A stretch of 62,883 bases of DNA, counting the filler, from Craspedostauros australis (lineage: Eukaryota), in the NCBI GenBank assembly GCA_030167865.1. It is 19 parts of 19 records of this genome, joined end to end, with 100 filler letters (N's around TTAATTAATTAA, not from the genome) between each part and the next. Parts side by side here need not be neighbours in the genome. Positions count along the whole stretch, not along the records: positions 58,544 to 61,700 come from JALAGF010001317.1; positions 61,801 to 62,883 come from JALAGF010001318.1; 17 more parts are not named here. The stretch is one strand, 5' to 3'. The notes below the pieces were generated by a model, which was not told the origin of the DNA, searched no databases, and worked only from the letters and a program-made list of their open reading frames with translations. Made by a program: the position numbers and the translations under genes. This document shows positions 58,544 through 62,883 of the stretch, in pieces (position 1 is the first letter of the stretch; every line of letters starts with the position of its first letter).

Positions 58544-58828
58544 CATCATATGGTGGTCAGATGGTCAGGTCGTCATTTCGGGTTTAGTTGCAACCTCCAT
58601 CGATCCTTGCTCGATGCCATGTCGGCTGGTGGACGTACAAAAGTCCTGATCCTCTCAGGTTAGATTGTCCCAACGTCCCCATGTGATTCTTGGGTGATTT
58701 GGTGTGTCCGAGTTTGTTTTGTTGTTCTCAAACATGAAACGTTCGGGACACAAATATTGTTGATGCTAGTTGGTCGAGTCGAGGCGAACCAATTGGATGG
58801 GCGATGCACATACATATACATCTCGACA
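58544..58828 (-). repeat. 5' (U3) part of the 3' LTR of copia copy 4
   Basis: Begins TGTCGAGATGTA directly after the PPT. Confidence 0.85.
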
Positions 58829-58836
58829 CCCTTCCT
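58829..58836 (-). promoter_or_regulatory. Polypurine tract AGGAAGGG
   Basis: Lies between the pol stop (58849) and the LTR TG. Confidence 0.8.
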
Positions 58837-58848
58837 GTGTGCATTCGG

Positions 58849-61700
58849 TTATGCAAATGTTCTCGATGTGTCAAGGTACGACTTCTCGTGTTCACGTTGT
58901 AAGTCGGCCTTGATGTTCTTGGTGAATCCGTTGCTTGTGTTCTGCTCTGACTTGACGAAGATGATTTCGATGGTCTTGTTGGTTACCATGTTCCTCACGT
59001 AGTGATGGCGCACGTCGATGTGCCGCAATCGTTGGGATGTTGATGGGTTCTTGGCAATGAAGATTTCTCCGATGTTGTCCATGCGGACCTTGATCGGTGT
59101 CTTCACTGGGACACCCACACTTTCGAGTAGCTGCACAACGAAGAAGATTTCCTTTGCTGCTTCGGAAAGGGCAACATATTCTGCTTTGGATGAGCTGAGT
59201 GTGACGGCCTTCTGTGCCTTGGATCGCCAAAGGATTGGTACCTTGCACAGGTATAGGATGAACCCTCCTACGCTGATTCTCGTGTTCTTGTCTCCTCCAT
59301 ATTCGCTGTCGCAGAAGAGCTCCATGTCCCAGCCGTCGTCGTCTGGACATGCTGGATGGATCTTCAATCCATAGTCCTTTGTATCGATCACATACTTGAT
59401 GATCCGATACATCTCCTTCATTGCGGCCTTGGTGNNNNNNNNNNNNNNNNNNNNNAGTTCCCTCACAGGGTTCGCGATATCTGGTCGCGAGTGCTTGATG
59501 AGGAAGAGTAGCATACCGACGCCTCGGCGGTATTCGACATGTTCTTCTGGTCCGACCTTCTGCAGTCCGTCATCTTTGGATGGTCGTACGATGATTTGAC
59601 CCGGGGTTCCTGGTGTTGCGTAGCGTTGCATCTTCTCAACCTTGGTTCCAAACTCTTCAATGAGATGTTGGATGAGATGTGGTTGACGCAACGTTGCTCT
59701 GGTCTTGTCATGGTTCAGTTCGATGTTGCAGCTGAGGTAGTCTCCGAGTCCGCGCTCGATTGTNNNNNNNNNNNNNNNNNNNNNNNNNNNNNNNNNNAAT
59801 GTCTCCAGTGCCTTGGAGTCTCCGCAGCAGAAGCAATCGTCCACGTAGATGGCCACGATCATGCTTCCTTCGTTCGTCTTCCTGTAAAACAGGCACGGGT
59901 CTGCTGCGCTCTGTTCGAAGTTGATATTCTTGAGGGTCGAAACCAACATCTTGAACCATTGCCTGGCGCTCTGCACAAGTCCGTAGATTGGCTTATGTAG
60001 GGTCAGGGCTTCGTCTGGTTGATGATCCATCCCGTTGGGACAGTTCATGTAGATCTCCTCGTCGAGGCCTCCGTGTAGGAATGCCGTTACGACATCGACG
60101 AGTGCGCAGTCCATCTTCTTGATCAGCATGATCACCATCATGACCCAATAGGTCACGTCATGGATGACGGGTGAGTAATGCTCTTGGAAGTCTACTCCTG
60201 CAACTTGTGAATAGCCACATGCAACGAGCCGCGCTCGATGTGTGCCGTCACGCTTCAGCTTGAAGACCCATTTGCATTTGCAGCATCTGCGGCCGCGTGG
60301 GATGGTATCTTGTTTGATCTTGCTGTACACCTTGCGTGTATCCATGGAGTCAAACTCCTTCTTGATGGCTGCTCGATATCCCTTCCGATGGATAGAATCT
60401 GGGTGATTGAAGGCTCCATCGAATGTTGTAGGTTCGATGTGCTTTTCTGGTTCCTTGTTCTCGTCCTGCATCGACAATCCGATGTCGATCGCTGGTGATT
60501 CGGTAATGATTGCATTCATCCCATATAGTCCAGTTGTGCTATGGTGAGTGATCTCGATCTCTTCATCTTCGTCTTCGATTTCTTCGTCATCTGTAGTTTC
60601 GTTGTTAGAGTCGTCGATCATCTCGTCGCTGAGTTCGTCGCTCGCCTCATTGGACGATGGATCGCTCTCATAGCCTTCTTCCTTTCGACCTGGTTCGTTG
60701 AAGTCTGCGAGCTCGCGCAGAGCTCTGGGAATACTCTTTCCTGCAGTTGACTTGGGATTAGCTTCTCCCTTCCTGCCTCGTGCTTCGTGACGTCGGATCC
60801 TCTCCTTTCTAGCTATGTCACGCTTACTTGGTTTGCTTGGTGGAGGTCTGGATGGTGTGTCATGTGTAGACCTCGCTGGTGTGTTCGGAGGAGTGACGCC
60901 TGTGTCATCGTCGGCTTCGTCGCCGGATGGTAGGATCTCATCATCCTCATGATTGGATTCGCTCCGATCTTCCTCGTCATTCTGGATTAGTTGAGTCACT
61001 ACTCCACCGTCCTCATTATCCTCATCATCGCTGTCTGATAGGATGTAGTACCTGTTGCTGTCAGCGAAAGATACTCTCTTCACCTCTGATGTTCGACGCG
61101 CTGCCGTCCTTGGCGTTGCTCCCTTCCGTCCGATGGCCTTGAAGCTGTCTGCGTCCGTGGTGTCTGCATTGTTGACTGTGTTTGGTGCTTGCGCCCAGCC
61201 ACGGAACAGTCCGTATGATTGATTGAGCCATTTGATGTTGCGAGAACAGACCAGTGACTTGGTTGATGGTCTGTACATGTTGTACACTCCTGATGCGTGT
61301 TGGTGTGCATATCCAATGAACACCATCTCTTCTCCTCTATTCTTGAGTTTGGCAGTGATCCCACCATAGGTCGTCTTCACAACACCCACCTTTCCGAATG
61401 TTCGAAGTGCATCAGCATATGGTGGATCACTATCGAAGAATTGGCGGTGTGGTGGCTTCTTCTGATTCTTCGCTACGGTGATGTTGGCGATGGCGGTGGC
61501 AGTGCTCACGGCTGCTGCCCACAGGCCATGCCTGTACTTGTCATTGAGTTGTGCTCCATTGAGCATGGAGCCGATCTTGGTGTAGAGATACACAAACTTG
61601 TGTTCTACTCTACCATTCTGCTGTGGCGTGTTGGATGCCGTGAACTCGAATTTCGCATTCAGTCCAGCATTGACGAGAATGTCCTGCGTGGATTTGTTCT
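58849..61700 (-). mobile_element. Ty1/copia copy 4: integrase end, RT, RNase H
   Basis: YVDD, SRPDIA, FCDSEYGGD, LSSSKAEYVA, RHIDVRHHYVR; NTSNGFTK has N at the conserved RNase H Asp. Confidence 0.96.
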
Positions 61701-61883
61701 NNNNNNNNNNNNNNNNNNNNNNNNNNNNNNNNNNNNNNNNNNNNTTAATTAATTAANNNNNNNNNNNNNNNNNNNNNNNNNNNNNNNNNNNNNNNNNNNN
61801 GTTTGTTGTGTTCTAAGTTAGTTGTAGTCAATTGATGATTGAGTTTGGATTATGAGATGATGATCTCCTATTTCTAATGATGG

Positions 61884-62594
61884 TATCAACATCTAGAGCG
61901 AAATTAGGTACTCATCTCCCATGACTGAAACGTGATTCACTATTTTTGATTCGACTCGATTTGAGAGTATAGTCGAGTGAGTCTTGATTACACGATTGAG
62001 ATTCAGTCACTACAGTCATCGAACCTGACGTAGGCACTGACATCATCGTATGACGTCAGAGGATCGGTCATTGTGATCCTTGGAATCGAGATTATATTTT
62101 AGTCATGGTATGCTGACCTGTCTAGCCCAGCCGAGTGCATCATCGAGCACGCGGCAACAACATTTAGGATCCAGAACAACATCGTCAGAGGTGATGCATG
62201 CACCTCGTCGACGTAGACGGATCAATCCATATATGATCAAACAGAGATCAAGACTAGGCAAGACCAGGAGAGATGAAGAAAGACCCAAAGGCGAGAATAA
62301 CACGAGGTATCGTGTAGATCAACATGCCATCTTGGGCAATGTTTTAAGAAAGACTGCGAGATAAACCACGAGGTAATCGAGCAGCACGTTAGCAACCGTG
62401 CAATAGGCACCATGATTAGAATGAAGAGATCATCATCTCATAATCCAAACTCAATCATCAATTGACACACTAACATAGCAACAACAACAACACCAAACAC
62501 ACCGACTCCACCTCTTGGCTTGATCACCCAGGCGGCGTAGTAAGTGCAGTGTTTGGTGCTCCCCTCTTGTCCTGTGTGTAATTGCTGATTATCA
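61884..62594 (+). mobile_element. 711-bp LTR-like element inserted in opposite orientation into another copy of itself; TSD GATGG
   Basis: 61801-61883 and 62600-62883 are reverse complements of adjacent parts of 62128-62490; GATGG at 61879-61883 and 62595-62599; ends TA...TATCA. Confidence 0.75.
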
Positions 62595-62883
62595 GATGGT
62601 GCCTAATGCACGGTTGCTAACGTGCTGCTCGATTACCTCGTGGTTTCTCTCACAGTCTTTCCTAAAACATTGCCCAAGATGGCATGTTGATTTACACGAT
62701 ATCCCGTGTTATTCTCGCCCTTGGGTCTTTCTTCATCTCTCCTGGTCTTGCCTAATCTTGATATCTGTTTGATCATATATGGATTGATCCGTCTACGTTG
62801 ACGAGGTGCATGCATCACCTCTGACGATGTTGTTCTGGATCCTAAATGTTGTTGCCGCGTGCTCGATGATGCACTCGGCTGGG

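Noticed and set aside
1717..61756. Recurring TTAATTAATTAA as a biological repeat or CRISPR-like array
   Set aside because: Always embedded in N padding; it is a contig-joining linker

Overview
Eukaryotic nuclear DNA, almost certainly from a diatom. Evidence: a bipartite 'AQAF' plastid-targeting peptide, diatom-type Ty1/copia elements, a KxxK-rich secreted wall protein and spliceosomal GT-AG introns. The window is not one locus. It is 19 unrelated contigs joined by N-padded TTAATTAATTAA linkers, so adjacency across a linker means nothing. Mobile DNA: four partial copies plus LTRs of one Ty1/copia family, a DIRS/Ngaro-type RT-RNase H, a decayed RNase H-bearing LINE, an intact Crypton-type tyrosine recombinase, the start of a second LTR element, a self-nested LTR-like repeat, and one transposon end seen at three sites. 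Host genes: RPC1 (4 exons), TSG101/Vps23, TBCE, an ankyrin protein, a CvfB-like S1/winged-helix protein, a sugar-transporter fragment, three secreted or surface proteins, and a FAAL-ACP-membrane (Pls-like) enzyme. Most notable: (1) the copia family has an extra, apparently swappable, divergent domain between Gag and protease, a perfect palindrome where a tRNA PBS should be, a 6-bp TSD, and an RVxF motif in the integrase tail; (2) the FAAL-ACP-Pls-like synthetase; (3) a 5.9-kb ankyrin/CvfB unit that closes into a loop. All family assignments come from motif recognition by eye; no searches were run.
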